A stretch of DNA of 64,000 bases, taken from an uncultured Poribacteria bacterium. Its GTDB lineage: Bacteria; Poribacteria; WGA-4E; WGA-3G. Below the pieces are notes generated by a model. The model had not been told where the DNA came from and searched no databases. It saw only the letters and a list, made by a program, of their open reading frames with translations. The stretch is taken from NCBI GenBank assembly GCA_951813565.1, contig OX638351.1, forward strand, positions 3,584,001 to 3,648,000, given 5' to 3'. The first letter of the stretch is position 1, and each line of letters begins with the position of its first letter. The translations under genes were made by a program, and so were the position numbers. This document shows, in pieces, positions 19,887-28,744 of this stretch.

Positions 19887-20152
19887 TGAAAATCTTTCTC
19901 CTAAGTATACTATGGTTTGGACAATTTTAAAAGTTTCCGTCCGGTAGATTTAGGTTAAATGAGACGCTGGACAGATCAGAGAGATTCTGATACACATTTC
20001 GCCCCGCTGGGGCTAAAGAGGTGTGGAGCAATGTTTTTCTATAAACATTCCGCCCCGCTGGGGCTGCTCTTATCGCATCCGATATATGTTTTTTCTGTGA
20101 GTCTTTACAAAAACGCAACTCATAGAAAATAATTTTTAGTGCTCAACTAACT

Positions 20153-20449
20153 GAGGGGTGTGCATAAATAATTCCGATGTTAAATATGCGCTTAAAGGTA
20201 GTCCGCACACGTCGTGGGTTTCCGTCCACAAGTTCAAAGAGGCGCAGCATGCCACACGGGGAATGCCATAAGGCATTCATACCCGCCAAATGCCTCAATG
20301 GCATTTGTAGCGTTGATTTCTTGATTTGGCGCATGCTGCGTTGATTTGGCAATGAATTGCGCGACTACAAACGCATTTCTATAAATCAAGCGGCACATGG
20401 CGTCTGTCCCTGTCTGTGTTGATGCGCCAAATATTTATGCACACCCCTC
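20153..20449. mobile_element. IS256-like MITE, copy 1
   Basis: 18-bp TIR GAGGGGTGTGCATAAATA with 8-bp TSD AACTAACT (20145-20152 and 20450-20457). Confidence 0.85.
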
Positions 20450-20487
20450 AACTAACTAGTAGCCCCAGCGGGGCGACAGGTGTATCA

Positions 20488-20576
20488 TACCAAATTAACG
20501 AGTTTTGTATTGTTTTCACTGCCGAGAACACGGGCGGGCACAGAGACCCGCCCCTACGATTTTGGGTAATTTGGTA
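20488..20576. mobile_element. 89-bp mini-MITE carrying a REP
   Basis: TIR TACCAAATTA flanked by TCA on both sides. Internal GGGCGGGCACAGAGACCCGCCCCTAC. Confidence 0.55.
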
Positions 20577-20719
20577 TCAGTCCAACTTCTATTGATGTCG
20601 AGGCGTTTCTATTAACCTTCACTATCACACAGCGCTTCTGAAAATTGTCCAAACTATAGTAATTATAAGTGGTAAATATCTTACGACTTTTCATTTCATA
20701 AGAATATCATACTGATGTT

Positions 20720-20748
20720 ATCATACCCTATCTAAATTCCGTTGTCAA
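20720..20748 (-). promoter_or_regulatory. Sigma70-type promoter facing phyH-ntt
   Basis: Minus strand TTGACA-17 nt-TATGAT. Confidence 0.65.
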
Positions 20749-20773
20749 CTTTTTTGTATCAGTCAAATAGCAT

Positions 20774-22474
20774 TCATTTCGGTGTGTTTATAAGCCCGTG
20801 TCCCTCTTTAATACGAAGAATTTGATTTGCTTTCAAATTGAGAAATCGTTGTTTCTGTCCACTTGGCCAGTGGAGTTCGAGCGTGTCAATCTCAGTGTTT
20901 TTTCCAAGACCAAAATGAACGCGGAGATCGTTTTGTGAAAGATAACTGGAACCGCTATGAACCTCTTTAAAAAGTGAGAGACGGCCTGCTTTCAAAGTAA
21001 TTTTCGTACCGATCCCTGATGTGTTGCTCTGTGTGCCGATTGTGTGAATTGTAATCCAATTATTAGTATTTCCCCCATCGTTGCGGAGGAGTTTTGCATG
21101 TTGATTGGAGTGATTGAGAAAAATATCAATATCTCCATCGTTATCGTAATCACCAAAAGCTGCACAGCGACCTACCATTTTCGTCAGTTGTGTTAAACCG
21201 ACTTCAGCAGAAACATCGGAAAAGATATAGGTATCATCTTGACGGTTGTTCTGGAAAAGCAGATCTGTTTGTGCATAAGTTGCATCCGAAAATAAATCAA
21301 TATTATCCTGAAGATGCCCATTGGAAACAAAGATGTCTTGTAGACCATCATTGTTATAATCGAAGAATTCAACTGCCCATTTGAAATATGGAACAGTTAC
21401 AGCTCCAATTCCCGAAGCAAAGGAGACATCCGTAAAAAATTGTGTTTTTTCATTGTGAAAAAGAAGGACAGGTTGGGATGGTGCATTGCTTACAACTAAA
21501 TCAAGGTCCCCATCGTTATCGTAATCACCGAAAGCACTCCCCATGCCGCTACCGGGAATACCATTTTCGTCATAGCCTGTTCCGGTAAAGTCCGTTACAT
21601 CGGTAAACGTGCCATCGCTATTGTTTTGGTAAAGCAGGTCAGGTTCCATGTCGTTAGCGATGTGTAGGTCTGGATCGCCATCATTGTCATAATCCCCCAC
21701 CGCAACTGCAAGTCCGAGGGCGCGATGCGTAATTCCTGCTGCAATGGTAACATCCATGAAGGTTCCATCTCCGTTATTACGGTAGAGAATGTCTGGTTCA
21801 CTCTTGAAACGACTGTTATCCATTTGATCCACAGGACTACAATAGATACGGTCACCTCGCGACTCCCACCCTTGGTTTCCCTCAGTGGTGAAAATCATAT
21901 AGTTCACAACATATAGGTCTACATTTCCATCTAAATCGTAATCCAGAAATGCACAACCTGTTCCCCAACGTTTATCATCCACACCAGCTTTTTCGGAGAT
22001 GTCGGTGAAAGTTCCATCGCCATTGTTTTGATAGAGGCGGTTGCTTCCGAAGTTTGTTACATATATTTCTGGATAACCGTCGTTGTTAATATCTGCGGCA
22101 GCACACCCAACGCCGTATCCTGTGTCGCCAATACCTGCTTTTAGCGTTACATCAGTAAAAGTGCCATCTCCATTGTTCTGATATAGTTTATTTATTGGGG
22201 GATGAGTGTTATTATTAGAGGATTCTGCTGGTTGGGTAGGCATGGGGATTTGTGTTGCGTTAATAATATAAAGGTCAAGATTGCCATCACGGTTAAAGTC
22301 AAAAAAGAGTGCACCTGAACCCAGTGTTTCAATAAGATATTTTTCACCGCTTCTGCCATCATAATGCTCAAAGTCAATTCCTGCAGATGCGGTTACATCA
22401 ACGAATTTAACTTCTGTATAAGCGGAAGTACTGAAGAAAACCAAACACAGCAGAAGATAGCAAATACATCTCAT
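20774..22474 (-). CDS. CRTAC1-family protein (FG-GAP repeats plus ASPIC/UnbV)
   Basis: Signal peptide, repeated DYDNDGD.D and LYQNNGDGTFTDV motifs, C-terminal GSSYLSQND.RVHFGLG..WPSG. Confidence 0.92.
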   Translation of the reverse strand: MRCICYLLLCLVFFSTSAYTEVKFVDVTASAGIDFEHYDGRSGEKYLIETLGSGALFFDFNRDGNLDLYIINATQIPMPTQPAESSNNNTHPPINKLYQNNGDGTFTDVTLKAGIGDTGYGVGCAAADINNDGYPEIYVTNFGSNRLYQNNGDGTFTDISEKAGVDDKRWGTGCAFLDYDLDGNVDLYVVNYMIFTTEGNQGWESRGDRIYCSPVDQMDNSRFKSEPDILYRNNGDGTFMDVTIAAGITHRALGLAVAVGDYDNDGDPDLHIANDMEPDLLYQNNSDGTFTDVTDFTGTGYDENGIPGSGMGSAFGDYDNDGDLDLVVSNAPSQPVLLFHNEKTQFFTDVSFASGIGAVTVPYFKWAVEFFDYNNDGLQDIFVSNGHLQDNIDLFSDATYAQTDLLFQNNRQDDTYIFSDVSAEVGLTQLTKMVGRCAAFGDYDNDGDIDIFLNHSNQHAKLLRNDGGNTNNWITIHTIGTQSNTSGIGTKITLKAGRLSLFKEVHSGSSYLSQNDLRVHFGLGKNTEIDTLELHWPSGQKQRFLNLKANQILRIKEGHGLINTPK

Positions 22475-23754
22475 TTTTTTGATGTAGTTAGAAGGGAAAC
22501 CTGCTTTTGACGGGCTTGTTTTGCTTTACTCTCTAACCCGATGTGCGTGTAAACCGTGGCGAGCGTATCCCAATAATTTGCCTCAGTTGGTGCAAGCTCT
22601 GTGGCAGTTTGTGCATGGGATAGTGCTTTATCAAGATTCCCCCGCAATTCAGTATAGCAAACAGCGATATTATTATGTGCAATAGCGAGTGTTGCATCAA
22701 TAAAGATTGCTTTTTGGTAGGCATCAATAGCGAGTTCTATATTTTCCTGTTGGTGATAAGCAAGCCCTAAATTGTAATGCGCAGCGGCTAAAGATGGAGA
22801 TAATGAAATGGCACGTTTATAGTATTCAATTGCTTTATCAGACCGCTTACGCGTCAAATACAAGATACCAAGATTATTATAACCTTTCGGATCGTCTGGA
22901 TGAATTTTGACCCACTTCTGTGCTTTCTGAAGAAGCGGGTCGGTGTGGCGGAGAATTTTGAAGAATGCCATTGTTGACGCTGCTTTTTCCTTCTGCCCAA
23001 GTTTAATATATGTCTGGGCGAGTTGGTAATGTGCCTCTGTGTTATCACTCTGAATTTCAATCACTTTTTGAAATTGAGTTATAGCATCATCGTAACGTGT
23101 CTGCTTGGCATATACCTGCCCTAAACCTAAAATAGCACCAATTCCACTTGGATTAAGACGAACTGCCTTTGCATAAGATTTTTCTGCTTCAGAAAAGAGT
23201 CCTTGTTTCAGGTATGCCTCAGCGAGTCCGTAATGTGCCTCTGCCCATTTTGCGTCAATAGCGATCGCTTGTTTAAACGCATCAACAGCAGGTGGAAAAG
23301 TCCCCTGTTTCAGATAAACCAACCCGATATTATAGTGTGGTTCGGCTTTCTTTGGTGGTAACGCTAACGCTTTCTTATAAGCGTCAAGCGCTGCATTATA
23401 TTGTTTGAGTTCTGAGTACGTTATACCGAGCGCGTTGTAAAAAACGGTAGAATTTGGATTGTGTGCGATGGCCTCTTTATATTCCAATACTGCCTTTTCA
23501 AATTCCTCCAACGCGTAGTAAGCGGATGCTTTTTGATAATGAACTTCAGCGAGCCAGTTAGCTTCCGCATCTGCTTTCGCTGAACGGATTGTTTCATCAA
23601 ACGCTTTAAGTGCCTTGCTATATTGACCTTCTTCTAAATTTTTTATACCACGTTGGTAGTGTTCGCCGGCGCGATCAGCTAAAGCGAAGTTTACTAAAGC
23701 ACTACAAAGAATGAGTATCGTTAAGTATCTGAGGGATAGGCATAAATAATTCAA
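22471..23754 (-). CDS. Secreted TPR protein whose present N-terminus derives from a MITE end
   Basis: Many TPR repeats (AHYNLG, YNNLG). The TTG start at 23754 lies inside the element at 23731-24074. The ancestral ATG is at 24088. Confidence 0.8.
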   Translation of the reverse strand: MNYLCLSLRYLTILILCSALVNFALADRAGEHYQRGIKNLEEGQYSKALKAFDETIRSAKADAEANWLAEVHYQKASAYYALEEFEKAVLEYKEAIAHNPNSTVFYNALGITYSELKQYNAALDAYKKALALPPKKAEPHYNIGLVYLKQGTFPPAVDAFKQAIAIDAKWAEAHYGLAEAYLKQGLFSEAEKSYAKAVRLNPSGIGAILGLGQVYAKQTRYDDAITQFQKVIEIQSDNTEAHYQLAQTYIKLGQKEKAASTMAFFKILRHTDPLLQKAQKWVKIHPDDPKGYNNLGILYLTRKRSDKAIEYYKRAISLSPSLAAAHYNLGLAYHQQENIELAIDAYQKAIFIDATLAIAHNNIAVCYTELRGNLDKALSHAQTATELAPTEANYWDTLATVYTHIGLESKAKQARQKQVSLLTTSKK

Positions 23755-24074
23755 TGTTATAGCGGATTCTACAATTAACTGGACATCTGAGCTGTCCGAG
23801 TGATCTCCGATTCCCGACTATTAGTGGTTTCGTCGCGATTCGGAGATCACTCCTACAGAATATATGTGAACTTATTTACATAATTTACTATAATGTGTGT
23901 TTAAAGGTAGTAGACACGCTCCGCATGCCGTAAACAGTTTAAAAGTGGCAACAAATACCAAACGCTTATTTGGCAATAAATTACGCGACTACAATCCGGA
24001 TTTCTACAAATGAGGAAGCACCTAAAGTACGGCACTGTCTGTGTTGCTGCGCCAAATAATTATGCACACACCTC
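23731..24074. mobile_element. IS256-like MITE, copy 2, inserted in the TPR gene 5' end
   Basis: Imperfect TIRs GAGGGATAGGCATAAATA / ATTATGCACACACCTC, homologous to 20153-20449. 8-bp TSD AAGTATCT (23723-23730 and 24075-24082). Confidence 0.8.
23760..23890 (+). mobile_element. ~130-bp TA-flanked MITE, copy 2 (nested)
   Basis: Matches the reverse complement of 13381-13511. TA lies on both sides, and removing it restores colinearity with the IS256-like MITE copy 1. Confidence 0.8.
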
Positions 24075-24124
24075 AAGTATCTTAGCATTTGAAGACTGAG
24101 ATTTCCCTTATGATTTAACTAAAA

Positions 24125-24147
24125 AAGGGCAGAGTTTCTCTGCCCTT
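24125..24147 (-). terminator. Probable intrinsic terminator after the LamG gene
   Basis: AAGGGCAGAG-TTT-CTCTGCCCTT hairpin with an A7 run on the plus strand (U-tract on the minus strand). Confidence 0.6.
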
Positions 24148-24158
24148 ACAAACCAAAC

Positions 24159-24938
24159 TTATTGACGGCGGTCTGCCTTAATGACTCCCCATGTTGTAGC
24201 CAGTTTCTCCGCGGGGTCTACCGGTGCAAAATCGCCAGCTTTGATTGTGTTAATCTCTGCTTCAGAAAGAATTCGATTAAAGAGATACACCTCATCAATG
24301 GTCCCTGTGAAAAATTCCTGACCGGGATGCCTTGCACCAACCATAATTGATCCGTCGATCTCAATGATTTGGGCAGGGTTATTATCAGTACCTACTTTAT
24401 TGCCATCATAGTAAATTGCAGACTCAGATTTAGGGTCATGTGTTACAGTAATATGCACCCAATCTTCGGGTTGATCTACATCAGAAATAGCTTCTGGAGA
24501 CCAGTTTGGATCTTTAGAATAAAGATAAGTTTTTTTATTATTGTTATTAAAAATAGTTGCCCATACAAGTGGACCAGCAGAAACCATATAGTTCCATTCG
24601 CTAATTTGCGCATTTCCGCGTTTGACCCAAAATGCTATGGTAAACTGTTCTCTTAACTGTAAAGTGTCGTTAATTGGCACTTTTACATGAGTTCCCTTTG
24701 TGCCATCAAATTCAAGTGCTTTGCCACCAAATTGTCCATCAACCCATGTAGGATCTTTGATAAGTTCGCCATCATGTCCATATTCAGAACTATCTTTGGC
24801 AGTGGCACCCTTGCCTTCATCAAAGGAAAGATATAACACGAGCGATTTATCGTCCAAACCTGCATACGATGGTGTGATAACGATTAACAGTGTTAATATT
24901 GCAACAAGCCCTATTGTAAATTGTAGAAATTTGCGCAC
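24159..24938 (-). CDS. Secreted LamG-like jellyroll domain protein
   Basis: Signal peptide, LVLYLSFDEG.G...DSS, G.ALEFDG, W.HI.VT, F.G.IDEV.LFNR.LS..EI and a C-terminal KLATTWG.IK motif. Confidence 0.9.
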   Translation of the reverse strand: MRKFLQFTIGLVAILTLLIVITPSYAGLDDKSLVLYLSFDEGKGATAKDSSEYGHDGELIKDPTWVDGQFGGKALEFDGTKGTHVKVPINDTLQLREQFTIAFWVKRGNAQISEWNYMVSAGPLVWATIFNNNNKKTYLYSKDPNWSPEAISDVDQPEDWVHITVTHDPKSESAIYYDGNKVGTDNNPAQIIEIDGSIMVGARHPGQEFFTGTIDEVYLFNRILSEAEINTIKAGDFAPVDPAEKLATTWGVIKADRRQ

Positions 24939-25017
24939 AAATGTATCCTCCTTAACAGGTTTAATAATTCTTTACTAATGGATGTCTTCCAAAATCTACT
25001 TGAAAACAGCAGATTGT

Positions 25018-26760
25018 TTAGCAAGCACCACACTTTTTACAAACTGTAGTATCACATTCGCTTGTCATAAAGCCTTTTTCGTGTTTATTGAACTCAAGCT
25101 GTAGAAATTGAGGTTTAACGTTAAGGTCAAGATGATCCCAGGGGTTGACTTCGCTGAATCCACGTTGACGAAGCGCATAAAAATCAGGAGCTAATCCGTG
25201 TGCACGGAAAGCATTGTTCCACGATGTCCCACGCGCAATTTCCAATATAACTTTGCCAAGTCGTCGGTCGCCGCGCGCAAAAACTGCTTCTTGATGTGCC
25301 ATGCGCGCACTTGCAGACGATACTTTTATACTACCGAGACTGTTTATCTCCCGCTTCAGATAGTCAAGTTTTTTTGCAATAGTTTTTGGTGGTTCCATTG
25401 CTACCCACTGAAATGGAGTATGCGGTTTAGGCACCATTGGCGAAATCGTAAAACTGATACGCCCAATTTTTCCAGTCCGCTTGGCATGTGGCAGCAGAAT
25501 TGTACGCATCTCTTTCGCCATTTCTGCGATTGCTGTTACATCGGCAGGTGTTTCCTGAGGAACACCGATAAGAAAGTATAGTCGAAGATTAAGAATATCA
25601 CGTTTCAATGCTTCTTCAAAAACATAGTAGAGTCGTTCGCGGGGAATTGCTTTATTTACAACCTTTTGAAGTTCTTCAGTCGCCACTTCGGGAGCGATGG
25701 TAATTGTGCCTTGATCGCTGTCAGCAAGCGCATCAAGAAGGGGAGTCTCAACGGTTTCTGCACGGAGTGATGCACACGAGATGCGAAATCCTCCGTCAAC
25801 TAAACCCGTTGCGATCTCGTTTATCTGTGGATGATCGGAGATGGACGCACCTACTAACCCAATTCTATTTGTAATACCCCTTGCTTTTTCTGCCAGTGCG
25901 AGTGTGTTTTCTACAGAACGTTGCCGTGGCCATCGGCGCGCGTAATCTGCTACGCAGAAGCGGCACTGTCTGCCACACCCACGCACAATTTCAATTAAAT
26001 GCGCATTTGAGAACTCAGTATTTGGGGTATGAATATGTGTGCAGGTTTCCACACCGTCCAGTTTCGGTACAGCTGCAGAACGAATTTTCTGAGGGAATCC
26101 TGGTTTTGCACTCACCTGTTTGACCGTTCCGTCGGAATGGTATGTAACATCATAAAAACTTGGTACATACAGACCGGGTTCTGTCCCAAGTGATTTCAGT
26201 AAGTCGGCTTTTGAAGCCTTTGACATTTTCCATTCGTGAAATTTATCCATCAATTCGTGGATTATCAGTTCTGCCTCACCTACAACAAAGACATCAATGA
26301 AATCAGCTAACGGCTCTGGATTATAAGAGATGTTAATTCCACCGGCAATAATAAGCGGATCCCACTCTGAGCGTTCCTCACTAAGCTGCGGTATGTTACC
26401 TAATTCCAACGCTCGTGGTATATTGATATAATCCGATTCAAATGAGACGGAGAATCCTACAATATCGAAAGCGTGAAGTGCTGTTTGCGTTTCTAAAGAG
26501 AAGAGAGGCATCTTCTTCTTCATGAGTTCGCGAACATATTGAGGTTCTGGTATAAAAACGCGTTCACACGCAGTATCCTTGCGACTGTTCAACGTGGCAT
26601 GAATAACTTGAACCCCTAAACTTGACATACCAAGTTGATATGTGCTTGGATAAACCAAGGCAAACTTGTTAGGTTTTCTAAAATGTGTAAGCGCGCTTTG
26701 ACTCGGCACCGCGTATTTTTCGGTTTTTAGCAGCTGCTGTACGTGTTCGCGTAAATCCAA
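25018..26760 (-). CDS. B12-binding-domain radical SAM protein (TIGR03960-like)
   Basis: YPSTYQLGMSSLG, EIVRGCGRQCRFC (CxxxCxxC), PKPHTPFQW and C-terminal C..CGAC. Confidence 0.85.
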   Translation of the reverse strand: MDLREHVQQLLKTEKYAVPSQSALTHFRKPNKFALVYPSTYQLGMSSLGVQVIHATLNSRKDTACERVFIPEPQYVRELMKKKMPLFSLETQTALHAFDIVGFSVSFESDYINIPRALELGNIPQLSEERSEWDPLIIAGGINISYNPEPLADFIDVFVVGEAELIIHELMDKFHEWKMSKASKADLLKSLGTEPGLYVPSFYDVTYHSDGTVKQVSAKPGFPQKIRSAAVPKLDGVETCTHIHTPNTEFSNAHLIEIVRGCGRQCRFCVADYARRWPRQRSVENTLALAEKARGITNRIGLVGASISDHPQINEIATGLVDGGFRISCASLRAETVETPLLDALADSDQGTITIAPEVATEELQKVVNKAIPRERLYYVFEEALKRDILNLRLYFLIGVPQETPADVTAIAEMAKEMRTILLPHAKRTGKIGRISFTISPMVPKPHTPFQWVAMEPPKTIAKKLDYLKREINSLGSIKVSSASARMAHQEAVFARGDRRLGKVILEIARGTSWNNAFRAHGLAPDFYALRQRGFSEVNPWDHLDLNVKPQFLQLEFNKHEKGFMTSECDTTVCKKCGAC

Positions 26761-26809
26761 TTCAATCCCTCTTTACTTAGCGTATATGCAAATAAGACAA
26801 GGTGTAGAA

Positions 26810-28156
26810 TTAATTTCTACGTTTATCCCTTCGCTGTTGAACCCGGAGAAATGCGGGGATGTCCCACTGTTTTTCACGGTTCTGATTTTGTTCATCGTTA
26901 GTTTCGCTATCGTCTTCTTCGGGTTTTTCTTGTCCTACCTGCTGTGGTGAAGTCCGTTGTCGGTTAGCAGGAAGGTGAGATGCAGCACCAGACGTTCCTT
27001 CGTTTCTTCGTCCTTGTGGTTGTCTGTCCCAAGCAGGGCGCTGCGTACCCTGTTGAGTCCGTCCTGCAGTACCTGTCTCAGTATTTCGAACCCGACTACC
27101 TTGAAGCATCGGATTTGGTTGTCCACCTTGTACGTTTTCTCCCTGCGGGTTAAGTCTGCCACTTTGACTTGAAACATAAGCAGAATCTGAAGGCGGGTCG
27201 AATCCAGTAGCAATTACAGTCACCAAGACTTCCTCGTTAAGTTCCAATTCATCTTTGTAGACCAACCCGAAGATCGGCTGTGCATCTGCGGAAGCTTCTA
27301 CAATAACCTGCATGGCTTCATCCAACTCGTGCATCGTAAAATCAGGCGGAGACGTAATATTGACAATCATTCCAACTGCTCCTGAAATGCTGGTTTCTTC
27401 AAGCAAGGGCGAGGAAATGGCAGCCGCCGCTGCAGCTTGCGCGCGGTTATCTCCTGTTGCCCGACCCATCCCCATCAGCGCGGTTCCAGCGTCGCGCATC
27501 ACCGTTTCCACATCAGCAAAGTCAACGTTAATCTCACCCGATTCAGTAATAATATCAGATATGCTCTGGACACCGTGTAGTAGAATCTCATCTCCTATCT
27601 TAAATGCTTCTGGAATCGGAAGTTTTCTATCAATTGTGTCAATTAGACGTTGGTTAGGCACAACGATAACAGAATCAGCACTATCTCGGAGTTCTCGCAA
27701 TCCTGTTTCAGCTTTTTCAGCACGATGCCTTCCTTCAAAATTGAAGGGTCGGGTTACTACCCCAATCGTTAATGCTCCCTTCTCTTTAGCAAGCGAGGCC
27801 ACAACGGGTGCTGCACCAGTCCCAGTGCCTCCACCCATTCCAGCAGCGACGAAGACCATGTTGGCAGAATCCACAATTTCTTGTAAACATTCTCGGTCTT
27901 CGTCTGCTGCCCTTCTGCCTATCTCCGGATTAGCGCCTGCTCCCAACCCTTTGGTAGTGCTGGTTCCAATCGGAACAGATGTGGCACCATGGCATGTACT
28001 GAGTGCCTGTTGGTCCGTGTTTACAGCATAAAATTCAATGCCGGTGAGTCCAGCTTCGATCATACGCCTGACAGCGTTTCCGCCAGCTCCACCTACACCG
28101 ATAACCTTTATTTTTGCACTCAATTTTTCAAATTCTTCTTGTTCAAAATCTATCAT
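26810..28156 (-). CDS. ftsZ: Cell division GTPase FtsZ
   Basis: IKVIGVGGAGGNAV, GMGGGTGTGAAP, INVDFADV and C-terminal DIPAFLR. Confidence 0.98.
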   Translation of the reverse strand: MIDFEQEEFEKLSAKIKVIGVGGAGGNAVRRMIEAGLTGIEFYAVNTDQQALSTCHGATSVPIGTSTTKGLGAGANPEIGRRAADEDRECLQEIVDSANMVFVAAGMGGGTGTGAAPVVASLAKEKGALTIGVVTRPFNFEGRHRAEKAETGLRELRDSADSVIVVPNQRLIDTIDRKLPIPEAFKIGDEILLHGVQSISDIITESGEINVDFADVETVMRDAGTALMGMGRATGDNRAQAAAAAAISSPLLEETSISGAVGMIVNITSPPDFTMHELDEAMQVIVEASADAQPIFGLVYKDELELNEEVLVTVIATGFDPPSDSAYVSSQSGRLNPQGENVQGGQPNPMLQGSRVRNTETGTAGRTQQGTQRPAWDRQPQGRRNEGTSGAASHLPANRQRTSPQQVGQEKPEEDDSETNDEQNQNREKQWDIPAFLRVQQRRDKRRN

Positions 28157-28744
28157 TCTTTATTTCAGTCACCTTTGGACGACACATCCTTCGGTGCCTC
28201 CGAGCTTATAACTTTCCTTCATTGTTGTAGAACGTTGTCTAACCAACGGCAACTTAATTCCTCCTTCTGCATAAGCATTTCATTGGATAAGTGCTATATC
28301 AGTGTGCAATTTTACACGCTTTGGTTTACCAATACTTTTCGTACAAATCTTGACTCCACCAAATTCTCCCCTCATTGTTGATATGCTGCAAATATGAATC
28401 CTAAATCCAGTGCTTTACCTAAGTAACCATACGCTGAGAGTAAGGTTGCAATTCATTATCTCGTCGGGAAATTTAGAATTACCTTTAAATAAAGACACAT
28501 ACGTACTTTCTTCCGTGGTCTATTCTCTGGATTAGTAATTAGATTATATCCAATTATACATATAATCTCGAATTAAATCAATACAATGCGTAATAGATTG
28601 GGTAAATGTTGAATTGTGTTTCGTCGAAGGTTGTTAGGTTTCGACCCTCGATCATTTAGCTTGTCAATTCCAATACACTCTGTATTTTAGAATTACCTTA
28701 ATTTTGAATAAAAACCGAATTGTCGCAGCGGCACCTCATAGGAC

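Larger units (their letters stand above)
19910..20659. mobile_element. Composite MITE nest (outer TA-flanked element)
   Basis: TIR CTATRGTTTGGACAATTTT at both ends, flanked by TA (19908-19909 and 20660-20661). Contains GCCCCGCTGGGGCT palindromes (about 20000, 20051, 20461) and the inner elements listed below. Confidence 0.8.

Noticed and set aside
27312..28031. Long antisense ORFs (also 39209-39934, 43243-43734, 60734-61207, 63093-63596)
   Set aside because: These are shadow frames of conserved genes and carry no recognisable motifs.
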